This document shows, piece by piece, positions 37,898-51,700 of a DNA stretch of 64,000 bases; the first letter of the stretch is position 1, and each line of letters opens with the position of its first letter. The DNA is from Selaginella moellendorffii (taxonomy: Eukaryota; Plantae; Lycopodiophyta), in NCBI RefSeq assembly GCF_000143415.4, contig NW_003314331.1, positions 731,169 through 795,168 of the forward strand, written 5' to 3'. Under the pieces are notes generated by a model. The model saw only the letters and a list, made by a program, of their open reading frames with translations. It was not told the origin of the DNA and did no database searches. Made by a program: the position numbers and the translations under genes.

Positions 37898-40800
37898 CCG
37901 GTCTCGGTCTCGACTTCGGACTCCATCTTGGACTCCATCTCGGACTCCATCTCGGACTCCATCTCGGGTCCATCTCGGGTCCATCTCGGACTCCATCTCG
38001 GGTTCCATCTCAGGTCCATCTCGGACTCCATCTCGGACTCCATTTCGGGTCCATCTCGGGTCCACCTCGGACTCCATCTCGGACTCCATCTCGGACTCCA
38101 TCTCGGACTCCATCTCGGGTCCATCTCGGACTCCACTTCGGACTCCAACTCGGGTCCATCTCGGACTCCACTTCGGACTCCAACTCGGGTCCATCTCGGA
38201 CTCCACTTCGGACTCCAACTCGGGTCCATCTCGGACTCCACTTCTGACTCCAACTTGAGTCCATCTCGGACACTCCCACGTGTCATGTGTTTGTCCTTTT
38301 GGGTCCCTTTTTGGAGCCTCGCCTTTTGCTCGCTTCGTGCTCGTTCCTCGAGCACTTCGTTGGGAGTTCCACTCCCGCTCTTGACTTTTCAAGTCGGAGC
38401 TTTTGGTCCAAACGTGTTACGCTCGTTTGGCTCTCGCTTCGGCCACTACCATGTGGCGCCCTTCCGGCTCCACTTTGGGGCCTAGGGATTTTGTGTCTCA
38501 CAACTCCACCACCCATAGACGAAGTTCGATGTCCTCATCGAACGGTGAACCATTTTATAAAGTAACACCCGCATGTGTTACCATTTCCATCCTTGGCGCG
38601 TAGCCAATATTTGTCAATGGTGTGACATTGAAGGCTCACCATGCCTTCTCCATATTCGTCAATGGTTGGACATTGAAGGCTCACCATGCCTTTTGCATAT
38701 CCTCTAAGGAGGGTAGTCTCTCCAACTTAGAAACTGATTGGACCACATATAGTGGTTCTCTCCTTTTATTGGTTTAGTTCTCGCTAAACCTCTTAGAGAC
38801 CCTTCTCTAAGTCAATCCCACTACTCCTTCTCGAGTAGTCTCAATTTCCATCGATATAACCTTTGCACTTTGGAACTTTGAATTTTGACTTTTTGGAGTC
38901 AATTTCCTAGGTGTCTCCGACACCTTGCCTTGCACCTTTTGTGCAACTCCACTTCCCATCCTAGGAAGTTCTCTACTCGAGGGCACCATCATCCTCTCTT
39001 CTATTTCGTGCCAAAGTTTCAATTATCATATTTTGTGCTAGGGTTGTTCATGGCCCTATCATTTGGCTACCTTACCGCTCCCTCCCTTGGAGCTTCCACT
39101 TTCGCCAAATCGGAGCATTTCGGAATCCCTCCTTGGAAACACACTTCCTTTCCCGCAACTTGTTAGCGTCCAACACATTAGTGTTCCTTGCCTAACTTTG
39201 TCACTTGGATTCCTTCCAAGGGATTCCACGGCCCTATCCTGGCCACTCATCTTTTGCTCCTATCCGTTGATTGTTGCACCAAGCAACATCGAATCTCTAC
39301 CTCCCTTCTTGAGGTATTCTTTTGATTCCATAGCAAAGGCTCTGCTTTGCCAAGACTAGGGTGTTCACCCCTAGTAAGTCTCTTTTAGTATCTTCTGCTG
39401 TGGGCTCTATCCTCAGCCCAACTTTGTGACCCTCTCATGGGTCTCTTTAGAGACTACTTTCCTCGGACTCACTATGCCATCGCACGGACATAGTTTACTT
39501 CCCTTAGGTGCTTTTCCCACTTGGTCATCACGACCAAGCCACACCACCTTAAACAGTTCAATTTCAACATTTTGAACCAGGAACTTCATTCCTTAGCCAA
39601 CCAAGGACCTTGTCCTTATCTGGCCATAAGATCATCTGGTGATCTCACGTTGGCACCTTAACAGAGTTGCCAAGAGGTACTTGGTCTTCTAGACCTCCAA
39701 GTTGTTGACTATAACCCCAGGGGCATCCCCCACACTTGGCGGTGCACCCAAGCTAGCCCTTACGGCCAAGGGTTCATAGCAACTGAGATTAGGTGTCCCC
39801 ATCTCACTCACCACGACCTTGGTGCCACTTGCACCAAAGCGTTCAAGTTAGATATGCCGAGCTTTCACACTAAGCAATCTAACCGTGCATCACGACTCCG
39901 AGGCATCCCTCGCTTGGCGGTGTGCCCAAACCAGTCTCCCCACTGAGAGTCCATGACCACCGAAATATGAGTGTCCTCATATTCCAAACCATCACCACGC
40001 CCTAGTGATTTGGGACTCGAACCCAAGCACTAGAGGGTCGGGACTCGAACCCAACCTCCGTATATGCATCTACGGACGGCATCACACAAGATGCCTGGCG
40101 TGACTCCCCACGCCGGTGCACCAACTTATTTTTTAAAGCGCGCTACAGATCACAGCTTAGGAACCTAGTTCCCCCACACTGCCAAGTCCTCTCACTTTAC
40201 ATATCTGTGATCATGCATGGGCTCCTCCATGCTTGGCCCCATGGGCCACCCTTTTTGAAGTTAGCACCTTCAACTAGGGTATTTGTTCCCCCCAACTTGC
40301 CAATCTCACTTAGCAAGTCATCCGGCCACCGTAACATAGTTCATGCATAAGCGTGGAAGTCCCTAACCATCAACTTTCGTTCAAAGCCCTCTCTTTGAAC
40401 ACTCGGGAACTACTTCCCTAACCTTGACAGCCTTGCCTCATGGCAAGCTTCAAGACCACGCTTCTGCTGCGCCACTCTGATTTCGCGCGTTCTATGAACC
40501 ATTTACACTTGGCCTTTCTAGGTACTAAGCTACCTAGAATCGTCTTTGGGAACCTTGAAGGAACTCTGTCCCTCAGCTTGCTAAGGCCTCCCTTTTTGCA
40601 AGCCTTCCAAATGCCACATAGTCTAACATGGACAATTCCATATTTTAGACTTTCCATGGCATCACGGTTGCTAGTGGCAACACCCTTGAGCCCCCACTTG
40701 ATTCTCCACTCCCAGCTGGCATAACCAACCTTGGTTATGCCATTTGATTCCTACGGTTCGGTTCTATCCCCTTACTTCTTGTTTTTGGGCTTCACACCTT

Positions 40801-43722
40801 TCCTTTAGTCATTCTCCTCTAGACCAGGAGGATAGCTTTGCACTTTCTATCATGCTTTAGCAAGTATTCTTAGGGATGAACCTACCCAATAGCCTAGGGA
40901 GTGGTTCCTCAATCCGGGTATGCTCACCTTATAATCCCACACACTGGGATTACATTGTTGCTTATGGGCCTTTACATGCCCATCACTAGCCTTGCCAAAA
41001 TTCCATTTTTGGCTTTGTCCAACTCGGGTAGACAGTCCTCTCCTGTCTCCGCAACCTTGGACATTTGGATAGCACCTTCTATCCATCATTCGCTAGGGAC
41101 TTAGTCCCTTGGGCTTTATCCATTGCCCTCGCGACATCAAACACCACCTTCTGGTGTTCTAGAGTGTTCGGGTGTCCTAATGATGGCTTTCTTGACAATG
41201 AGTATTTCCTTTTATGACATTGACTTACTATATCGCAACACAAGCAACTTATCCCCCGTAAGGGTATATCCAACTTCCCTATGCTATTAAGAAGTCTTGG
41301 GTAGCTACCTTCTACCCGTTTAACCAGTTATTTTGCACCTCTTGCTTAGTTGCCTCATAGTTGTCAAGTCCTACAACTCATTGCTTGGTGCTTTCACACC
41401 TCCATCATTATCTGGGTCACCACACTCCAACTGCATGCTCTGCAGCTTAGGCTATGCTATTCCCATTTCCATTGGGATTCCTTTGGCAAGGGGTTCTCAT
41501 GAACCCACCAACATAGCCTCAAGGTATCACACCTTGGCACATTTGGTGTCTCCACCCCATCGGCTTCACGAGCCTACCTCTATGACATTTCCCCTTCGTG
41601 TCTAAGTCTTTGCCAAGACCAACACCGCTCTTTCTCATGCCAACCATCCGTTAACACTGCACCATAGAGGTCACACACAACTTTATGTCAAAGTTGTTTT
41701 CTTCTGAGAACACCTTTCCCATAACTTTAGCATGGCACATTTTGCCATTGATGAGATACCCTCTGTTCTCATCCTTGGATCCTATGATCCCCCCCCATCC
41801 TTTGTGGGGTACAACACACCTCAGTCCAAATGCTTCCATCAGTCCTTTTAGGACCATCCCTTGACTCTACTTGAGTCATCCAGCAGCTTTGAACTTGGTT
41901 AATCCACAGACCCGTAAGGTCCTACTTGTGAGGCACTAGCTCACTGGAATACACTTCTTGCATTCCTGTCCTACTCAAAAGGACTATTTTCACAAGTGTT
42001 ACTCCGACACTTGATTTTGTTCTCTGGGGGCAACCTTTGCCCCTTAGGACTACTTGTCCATGTGATGAGAACACCAACTCATCCACTTAATACACCCCCA
42101 ACTCCTTGGGTTGTTCCAGCATTTATTAGAGGTAGCCCCGGCTACCTTTTCAAGGACTTGAGTCCTCTTCCGTATTTGACCTCCCACGGTCATTACTTCT
42201 GGTCTCACATTCATGAGCACCAACCTCAACTATATAAGGAAAATCTTGTGACTCCTTTATTGCTTTGGAGTCTTTATCTTTCCCGTGATCCCAACTGTAG
42301 TTGTTTACCACAATTACATTAGCCAGTTTGCTAAGTCAAACGCTCATCTGGATCACATCCTCAACTCTTTGAGGAAAACCATATACTGTTCCCAAGATCC
42401 CAAAGTCGTTCCATTATTGGCCCTTTTCTATCCACCACCTCGTCTACAAGTTCACACATGAACTGTAATGGAGAGCCATGTCTTCCTGACTTGCTACTCC
42501 TCAAGGATAGGCCCACTCCTCGGACCTTCCGATGCCAACACTAGTGGTGATATACTTGAGCACCAATAAAAGCCGGACTAAGGAACAGCTCCGATACCAA
42601 GTCGCAAGCGACTAAATTTTCCATTCTACTTTAGTCACTTAACCACACATCTGACCACTTGGAGGAGTCACTTTCACAACCTCCATAAGTCCAATCCAGG
42701 ACTTGGGACTTGCTAGCCCCGAGAATGGCATCCATGCCACTCAACATTTGCACTTGGTCCAAGTGCTCCACGTGTCCGATCCCATGACCGACACTCAAAG
42801 GTACCACCGACATAGCAGCCCGTTACGCTAAGGCCATGCCCAATCACCTTTGCCACACTGGTAGTCCAATACCACTTGCATCACCGTCTTGGCTCTCCAA
42901 GACTAGGCAAACCATCCGTGAGTGGTCATCTCAGATCCACTCCTTAGCATCCTTAGGATGCCCACCGACAAGGGGAATAGCCTTCCCCAATATCCCTCTG
43001 TCAGTCCCCACTAAGTCCCTTTCTGCCCCTAACCGTGTTTGCCAACACTGCCACTGGATCGAGACCCACAGGCCCGACCACTAAGTCCCACGGTCCTCTG
43101 GGACTTCCTCACCACACGACTGTGTCCTTGGTCACTACCCCAGAGGACTGCTCCTCTTCCTTTCCACAGTCTGGGCCTTTGGGACAACATCTCGGAACAC
43201 CGTGGCCTTACGCGAGCCACCTGGGTACTCTCCTCGCCTTCTGCCCTTGGGTGCTCTAGCCATGGGCTTAGAGCGGGTTCCGTTGAGCCACACCAGGTAT
43301 CCAAGTAGGTAGTGCCACCCACACTTGGACTGGGAGCATCGGCCAGTCGATCTCCCGGGGGAACTAGAGCCGGCTCTTGAACACTTCACCAAGCTACCCC
43401 GCTTGTCGGTCTGTATTCACTCTAGTCTTGGACTTCCCAGTGGGCAGCTCATCACCCAACACTGGGTCCGGCCTTCCTGGGCCAAACTGGCCTTTCCTGG
43501 CCAAACTGGCTCCACTGCAGTCCTCCCCCTACTATACTTTTGGAGCTCACCAAACCCCCCAGGGTCTGGGAGACGAACGCTTTGGGCTTTCACCCTCTCA
43601 GGCTCCGGACTCGGACTCGGACTCGGACTCGGACTCGGACTCGGACTCGGACTCGGATTCGGACTCGGACTCGGGCTCGGGCTCGGTCTCGGCCTCGGCC
43701 TCGGCCTCGGTCTCGGTCCCGA

Positions 43723-43754
<32 letters not shown>

Positions 43755-44371
43755 CCGGTCTCGGTCTCGACTTCGGACTCCATCTCGGACTCCATCTCGG
43801 ACTCCATCTCGGGTCCATCTCGGGTCCATCTCGGACTCCATCTCGGGTTCCATCTCAGGTCCATCTCGGACTCCATCTCGGACTCCATTTCGGGTCCATC
43901 TCGGGTCCACCTCGGACTCCATCTCGGACTCCATCTCGGACTCCATCTCGGACTCCATCTCGGGTCCATCTCGGACTCCACTTCGGACTCCAACTCGGGT
44001 CCATCTCGGGTCCACCTCAGACTCCACTTCGGACTCCAGTTCGGACTCCAACTCGGGTCCATCTCGGACTCCACTTCGGACTCCAACTCGGGTCCATCTC
44101 GGACTCCACTTCTGACTCCAACTCGAGTCCATCTCGGACACTTCCACGTGTCATGTGTTGGTCCTTTTGGGTCCCTTTTTGGAGCCTCGCCTTTTGCTCG
44201 CTTCGTGCTCGTTCCTCGAGCACTTCGTTGGGAGTTCCACTCCCGCTCTTGACTTTTCAAGTCGGAGCTTTTGGTCCAAACGTGTTACGCTCGTTTGGCT
44301 CTCGCTTCAGCCCCTACCACGTGGCACCCTTTCCGGCTCTACTTTGGGGCCTAGGGATTTTGTGTCTCACA
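32041..44371 (-). mobile_element. Element C: non-autonomous three-LTR retroelement inserted in the 3' UTR of B
   Basis: TSD GTGTC at 32036-32040 and 44372-44376. LTRs 32041-33698, 36756-38502 and 42603-44371. PBS TGGTATCGGAGC (minus) at about 42588-42599. Same PPT as B after LTR1 and LTR2. No intact ORF internally. Confidence 0.9.
33041..33467. repeat. LTR-internal GGACTC/GGTCTC-based satellite (copies also at about 37755-38270 and 43606-44139; related arrays in B LTRs at 31525-31800 and 54498-54820)
   Basis: (GGACTC)n and (GGTCTC)n, then 12-mers GGACTCCATCTC, then about 35-bp units GGACTCCACTTC-GGACTCCAACTC-GGGTCCATCTC. Confidence 0.95.
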
Positions 44372-44556
44372 GTGTCCCTATACTCCTCACGTCACCACGT
44401 CCTAGTATGGGGTCGGGACTTGAACCCAGCCTTGCTTTACTAGGGGGTTAGGACTCGAACCCAACCTCCGTAGAATACGTCTACGGATTCGACATCCCCG
44501 CGGGGAGTCGGGTGTAGTGCCCTACGCCTGGTCGACCTAGCTAACCCATGCTAATT

Positions 44557-47500
44557 AGCTTACCTTCGGCGCGCCTTCGGGTCCCAACATATGCCATTGC
44601 TCAACTTCTCAAATTGATACTTTTAATTGAACTTTGCATAAGTACATAGAGTTTTGCCTTGCAGAAATTCCTCCACTAGATTTCGCGCGTTTGCTAGGTT
44701 CTCCGGTTCCCATGTTGCTTCGCAGTGTGGAAATCCTTTCCACTTCACATGGAACTCTCTCACCTCGCGTCCTTGTCACTTGCTCTTATGCGCATTGAGG
44801 ATGGCCTCGACTTTGTATTCCTCTTCCCCTTAGATAACCTCAAGTAAAGGTCTTACTTGGTCCTTGCGAAGCGGATCCTCAAAATATGGCTTGAGTAAGT
44901 TCACGTGGAACACGGGATGCATCTTCCCCATCTCTCGAGGAAGTCGGAGATAGTAAGCCACTTTACTGATTCGAGCCTCAATCTCGTAAGGCCCCGTGAA
45001 CCTTCTTAAGGAACTCAAGATCAATTCATTGACAGGAATACATGCATTTTTACCTTTGGGTCAACTTCCGGCTGATCCCACTTGGTAGCTTGAGGTTCTT
45101 GGTGTTCAGCCACACCTTCTCCCCAGCTTGGAACTCTACATCCCAGCGCTTCTGGTTCGCATACTTGGTTTGCCTTTGTTGCGCCCGTTCCAAGGAATCC
45201 CTCACTAGATTCCAAATGTTGAGTCTTTCCGCCGTGAATGCCTCCACTGCGGGTAGCTCTCAATGATACTCGGCCACGCCGAGTTCCACAAGACCTTCAA
45301 TAGCTCACCCATTAATGACTTCCCATGGACTCACCCCGATACTCGAATGTGGTGAGTTGTTATAACACATTTCCGCAAGTCCCAAATGACTTACCCAATC
45401 GGTCTGGTCTCCCGAGACATAGCATCGCAAATAATCCTCCAGCTGCCTATTCACCCTTTCCGTTTGTCCGTCTGTCAAGAAATGTTAGTGTCACCAAACT
45501 TGACTTAATACCCCATACCTGTCTATGGGTGATAGGCGGTGCTGAATTTCAACTTGGTGCGATACTGTTTTAGGAAAGTCCTTCAGAACCTACTAGTGAA
45601 GATCTTATCTCGATCTGAGATGATCTCTTCCGGCCTTCCCCGCACTCGAACCACTTGTTTGAAGAACAGCTTCGCCACACCTTCCGCATCCACTTCCGTT
45701 GTGGTGGGTATGAAATGTGCCATTTTCGAAAATCGGTCCACCACCATGAATATCGCATCAAACCCCTCGCTTGGGGGAAGTCCCGTGATGAAGTCCATCG
45801 TAAGACATTTCCATGGACGATCTAGAATTGGGATGCTTTGCAACAAGCCCCCACTAGCCTTAGTCATGGCTTTGACCTGCTGACATGTTGGACATGTCTT
45901 TACATAGTCTTGGACGTCCTTAGCCATATCTGGCCAATGGTACTTCCTCTTGAGTAAGCTCATTGTCTTGGGCACTCCGCCGTGTCCCGCAAGAGGTCCG
46001 TCATGACACTCTTCTAAGGCTACCTTCCTTAGTTCCCCTTCTGGAACATACACCCTCGTTTGCTTGTAATAGATGAGTCCGTTGCGTTCCGCATAGCCTG
46101 TTTTCTCTTCTGTCGGCAGCTCACCTCTCTAGTGAGCTTCCCGCGCCTCTAGATTCCTCAACAACTCTTCTTGTGCTAGACCATCGTTCTCATATGCTGT
46201 TCACACATCGTCCCAGAAGGTTGCTGTTGTGCTGGATATCGCCAACCTCAAACTCGCTTTTCGACTTAGCGCCTCTGCCACAATATTGCTCTTCCCAGGC
46301 TTGTACAGAATCTCGCAATCAAACTCGGCTAAGGCATTGGCCCACCGACCTTGTTTCCCTCTCAGGTTGGGCTATGACAAGAAGTGTTTCGTTGCCACAT
46401 TGTCCGTGTAAACCTTGAAGTGTCTCCCAAGGTAGTGTCGCCACTCCTTGAGCGCCTTGACCACAGCAAACAATTCCTTCTCATAGGCAGGCCACTTCCG
46501 TTGAGCCTTGTCCAACTTCTTTGAGAAGAACACTACTAGATGGTTGTCTTGCTTCAAAATTGCACCCAACGCAAAGTCCAAAGCATCCGTTTCTACCTCA
46601 AAGTCCTTACCAAAGTCTGGTAATGCCAACACAGGAGCCTTCCTCAACTTCCCTTTAAGGTGGACGAATGCTACCTCGCATTCTGCTGTCCATACCATCT
46701 TCCCTTTTCCTGTTTGGTCCGTTAAGGGCAGGGCTACTCTCGAATAGTGTCTGATAAACTTTTGGTAGTAGTTGCATAGCCCCAAGAATGCCCTCAACTC
46801 ATGTACATTCGATGGTCGCTCCCATTCCTGGATCGCTTGGACCTTCTCCGGGTCCACCTTGAGCCCGTCCTGGCCCACCACATGCCCGAGAAACTTTACC
46901 TCTTGTTGAGCAAAGTCACATTTGCTCTCTTTAGCATACAGTTTGTGTTCCCTTAGTTTCTCAAACACCTTCGCCAAGTGTTCGGCATGCTCCTCTAGCG
47001 TCTCGCTATAGATCAGGATGTCGTTGATATAGACGACCACGAAGTGATCCAGATAGGGTACAAAGATGTGGTTCATCAGCGCCGAAAACGTTGCTGGCGC
47101 ATTGCATAACCCGAAGGGCATCACCAGAAACTCAAAGCTCCCATACCTCGTTCGACAGGTTGTCTTCTCGACATCTTCCTCGGCTACCCTGATCTGGTAG
47201 TATCCTAACCTTAGGTCAATCCTCGAGAAGTATTTTGCCTTTCCCAACCTATCGAATAGGTCCTCAATTCTTGGCAAAGGGTACTTGTTCTTCTTTGTAT
47301 ACTTGTTGAGCAACCGGTAGTCTATGCACGCATAGAACCATCTTTCTTTTTCACAAATAACACCGGTGCCCCATACGGTGACTTGCTCAACCTAACATAC
47401 CCTTTGTCCACCAACTCCTCTAGTTGGCACTTGAGCTCTTTGAGTTCTTTTTCGTTCAAATGATAGGGGGGATGAACCACCACCTCAGCACCCTCGACTA

Positions 47501-48717
47501 GCTCAATCTTATGTTCTATCGGTCGTGCGGGGGGCAACCCCGCCGGTAGCTCCTCCGGCATGGTATCCTGGAATTGATCCAACACCCGCTGGATCACTAA
47601 AGGTACTTCTTTCGTTCCTGTCTTTTTGTCACTCTTCACCGAGAGTAAGCACAAAAAGGCTGCCTTAGTTCCTTTAGTGAGTTGTCCTCTCGTGGACACC
47701 AGGTTTAAGTAGGAATCTTTGGCCTTGCTTTGCCCTACCTTTAGATCCTGGGCCTCCACCCTAGATCTTCTTCCTTGGGCATTTGCCAGTACCACAAGGT
47801 TCCTACCTTGTCTATGCAGGGCTACCACGAACCGATTGAACCAATCCATTCCGAAGATCACGTCAAATCCCGCCATGTCCAACACGGTGAAATCCATGTC
47901 CACTTTCCATGTCCCTACTTCGACTCTTGCTTGTCGAAGTACCTCATCGGTGCTTTGGCTATCTTGAACAAACTCTATAGTCCTTGGTTCGCCTAGCCGC
48001 TGCACCGTTAGTCTGGCTTGCCGGACTATGTCTGCAGCCACAAAATTATTCGAAGTACCCGTGTCAATAAGGATCTTAACAAAGCTACCTCCGAGCTTCC
48101 CTCGGAGGGCTAGTAGATGTCGCGAACGACTCTCTACCAAAGTTGCTCGTGTAATGAGTAACTTTGAGTTAGGGACTGGATCACATACCTCATTTTGGAC
48201 TTCACTCGACTTGATGGCCATATTGGCTCTGGCCTTCTTCGGGTAGGGACATTCCCTTGAAAAGTGTCAAGCTTCACCGCAGTTGTAACATACGTTGTTT
48301 CCCACGCTGCTATACGACTTGACCTTCTTATCCATGGGTTTGTCTCTTTTCGCTTGACTCCCCCACGTACTCGCTCTCTGGCCACCAGATTTGCCTTTCC
48401 GGAACCCCGAGGACTCATTCTTAGAGAAACTCTTCTTGAATTTCCCCCTGCTATACGTTCCTCTTGGTTTGGCCCCTTTGCTAAACGTGGATCCCGACCC
48501 TGTCATGTTCCCCTTTCGCAAGTTATCGTTGAAATGCACCTTGATGGCCGCATCCAACGCTTCCTTGTAGTTGGTTGGGTTCCAGCGCATCACCTCACCA
48601 CAAGCCCAGGTTTGCAAACCTAATATAAAGGCATGGAACGCATCCATATCCCCTATATCCATGACAAGTATCCTCTTTGCCATGAACCTATTCACATATT
48701 CCTGGATGGTTCCAGTT
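44557..48717 (-). pseudogene. Element B gag C-terminus and pol (protease, RT, RNase H, integrase, chromodomain)
   Basis: Zinc knuckle CYNCGEA*HFSREC. Protease LIDTGTSNNF. RT MPFGLCNAPATF and VYINDILIYS (YxDD altered to YIND). RNase H VETDALDFALG...YEKEL. Integrase HDGPLAGHGG...CPTCQ, MDFITGLP, IISDRD, GPY. Chromodomain YKVEAIL...VKWKGFPHCEATWEPEN. Contains stops and a frameshift near 47330. Confidence 0.93.
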
Positions 48718-51700
48718 TGTCGCGAATGTGACTTCGGGTATCGAAAGATACTTGTTGACTGGTCCTTACGGACACTCTTTCCTTACTGCCATGACGGCAG
48801 GAGATTGGTACAGTTGGATCCCTTTAGTAGCCCCTCTTGTGCTAGTGGAGTTAATTGGGCATTCCGAGTGTACTTAGACTGGACGAGCATAAGGACGGAA
48901 TTCCTACGTGCTATTAGCTAAGCATACTTAGCTCGGTAAGGAGTTCCCGTCTCGTTATGTCTTGCACTGGCTAGTGACAAGAACCCTCGCGTATTGAGAC
49001 TAGTCCCTCAATATCGCTGGATGATAGCTTACCGTGTCTGCCAAACACCCTTGCTATCACGCCCTTTGTGTTGGTCTCATTTCGGTCCTAAATGCTATTT
49101 ATGGAAAGTGTCTAGATTAGCTCATTTGGCATATCTACGGAATGTAGAGATCGGCTTGAACACAATGGTGTTCGTCCCGTGTCCAAATTCGCAATTTAAG
49201 GATATTTCATATTTAGTAAGATTCGAGCTTGTCCCAGAGACTAACTCCTGGTACTAAGGGAGGCTTGGGGTGAAAGCCCAAAGCGTGTGTTCCTCAAGGG
49301 GGGGGGGGGGGGGGGCTATGGGGGGTTCCAAATGTATAGAAGGGATAGTGGTTGGAATGCATGTCCGACAACCTGAGACATTAGTTTGGCTCCCGCTGGG
49401 CTGTGTTGCTCCTTGTTCTGCGTCCGGCTTAGGTCTAAGCCTAAGCTCCACGTGCCAAAATTGTGCCAGACTCCGTCTGACACCATTTTGCGTGTAGGTG
49501 TTGGATACGGGGAGCTGGTGCTCGTGGGATTGTACCGGACCCTCGTTTCGTAGCGCAACGGGCTTGGAGTTCGGCTCCAAATTCAGGTGCGCTACATTTG
49601 GTATCAGAGAAATTATCTCAGCGATTCCTATCCAACTTTTGTCGGATGATACCCGGACCGCAAATCAAGTCGCGTAAAATACTTAGCCTTTAAGAGTTGG
49701 TCGAACAAGTCATCAATGCGAGGCAAAGGATAACTGTTCTTGACCGTGATCTTGTTGAGTGCCCGATAGTCAATACACATCCTCATGGTTCCATCCTTTT
49801 TCATAACGAAAAGGACTGGCACTCCATAAGGTGACTTGTTTGGTCGGATGTGACCTTTGTCAAGAAGCTCCATGAGTTGCTTCTTGAGTTCAGCCATCTC
49901 CTTGATGTTCAACCGATATGAAGCTTTCGTAGGTGGTTTAGAACCCGGAATAACCTCAATCCGATGATCAACCTCACGGCTAGGGGGTAGCCCTGGCGGC
50001 AAATCCTTCGGAAAGATATCCTGGTTCCTCGCCAACAACTCCAATATCCTCTTTGGTACAGGATCAACCCCGTCGCCGATTCGAACTAAGTCATTAACAC
50101 CCTTAGCTTCCATCACTTGAACCCAAAAGGTTCGACATCCCCTCTTAGCTGCTTTTTGAGCGGCCCTCGCAGTTAGGAACTTTGCATCCCAATCCTTTGA
50201 GGAACACTTTTGCAACTGAAAGGATACATCAGGACGTCCTTCTGACTTCAACGTGATACGACTTTGTCCAACACCATAAATCCCTTTTATATAATTGTTG
50301 AAGAAGTCCATACCAAACACCATCTGAAAATCTGGTATCTTCAACACTACCAAGTCCACTCTTTCTTTCCACTTGGATATCTTTATTGGAACATCACTCA
50401 CAAACTTTCTGGCTACTTGCCCACCTTCCGCAAACCGAAAGTGCATAGGCGACATTTGCTCAGCATTCAATCCTAACAACTTAACTAAGTCTTTGGATAT
50501 CACGTTGTGCGTAGCTCCCGTGTCAATCATCACTCGGATTCGGTGTCCACGGACAAAGCCTACCAGATACATCAACGGATCAATGTTTGCATTGACTGCA
50601 AGAAAAGCTTGAGGAAAGCAACAAAAGTTACTCACCTCTTCTTCCTCATAGTCTGCATTGACCAACTCGTCAACCCCTTCAGCTCCATCACCACCGTCTT
50701 CCCTCATGACATTAACCCGAGACCTTGTCTTATGCTTGTTGGGACATTTCGAGGACCTATGTCCTGACTCTCCACAATGGAAGCAATGACCCACACTACC
50801 CGTTCCGCTAGGAGCAGGTTTTGCAGGTTGCTGCTGCTTATACCCACTAGCAGGAGGAGCAGAGGGCCTAGGACCAGAAGAAGCTGCTGGTGGTCTCCAA
50901 CCACCACCACCTTTATTAACTGTTGCTTGTGAGCCTCCAGGGCGGAACCTACTTTCCACCCTCTGTTTCCGATCACTTTGTTTATTCCCAGAATTCCTAT
51001 TCTTGTCTGAATTACCAACATACGGTTGCTGATATTGTTCCATGAGTGAGTGACTAAAGGCAACTTGCTGTGCTGCCTCCTTACACTCCAGGTACGTCTT
51101 CGGCTTAAACTTCAAAATCTCATTGCGAGAAAATGAACTTAAACCCTCCAAAAAATAACTCCGAGCATCTTCGTCACTCATATTTGCAATCATAATGCGC
51201 TTCTGAGCAAACGCATTAACATAATGCATGAGATCCCCTCGCTGCTTTAACCGTCGCAGCTCCGCGCGAAGTCTCAGACCAAGATCATCTGGCAAGTATT
51301 CCTTACGGATACAAGACCGCATCTTGGTCCAACTTCTAGTCTGCCCCTTTTCAGCACACACTTGACGCCACCAAGTCTTGGCATGATCGGTGAGAAAGGA
51401 TTGCGCACACGCAACTTTCGTACGATCATCTACGTCTGCCGCTATGAAATAGTTTTCCATATCGTAGACCCAGTCTTCCAAAACCTGATAGTCCCGCATG
51501 CCTCTAAAGTTGGGTGGTTTCGGGGGCTTGAACTTTGAAACTCGTGCAACCGGGGGCGGCTGCAGAACTTCATCGTCCTCAAAACTCGAAGAGGAGTCCG
51601 GTTGCTTAGGCTTAGCTGGTTTAGCTGCCTCAGCCTCTTTCTTCCTCTTCTTGTTCTCCTTCTTCAATTTGCGAATCTCCTTTTGCAAATTCTCGATCTT

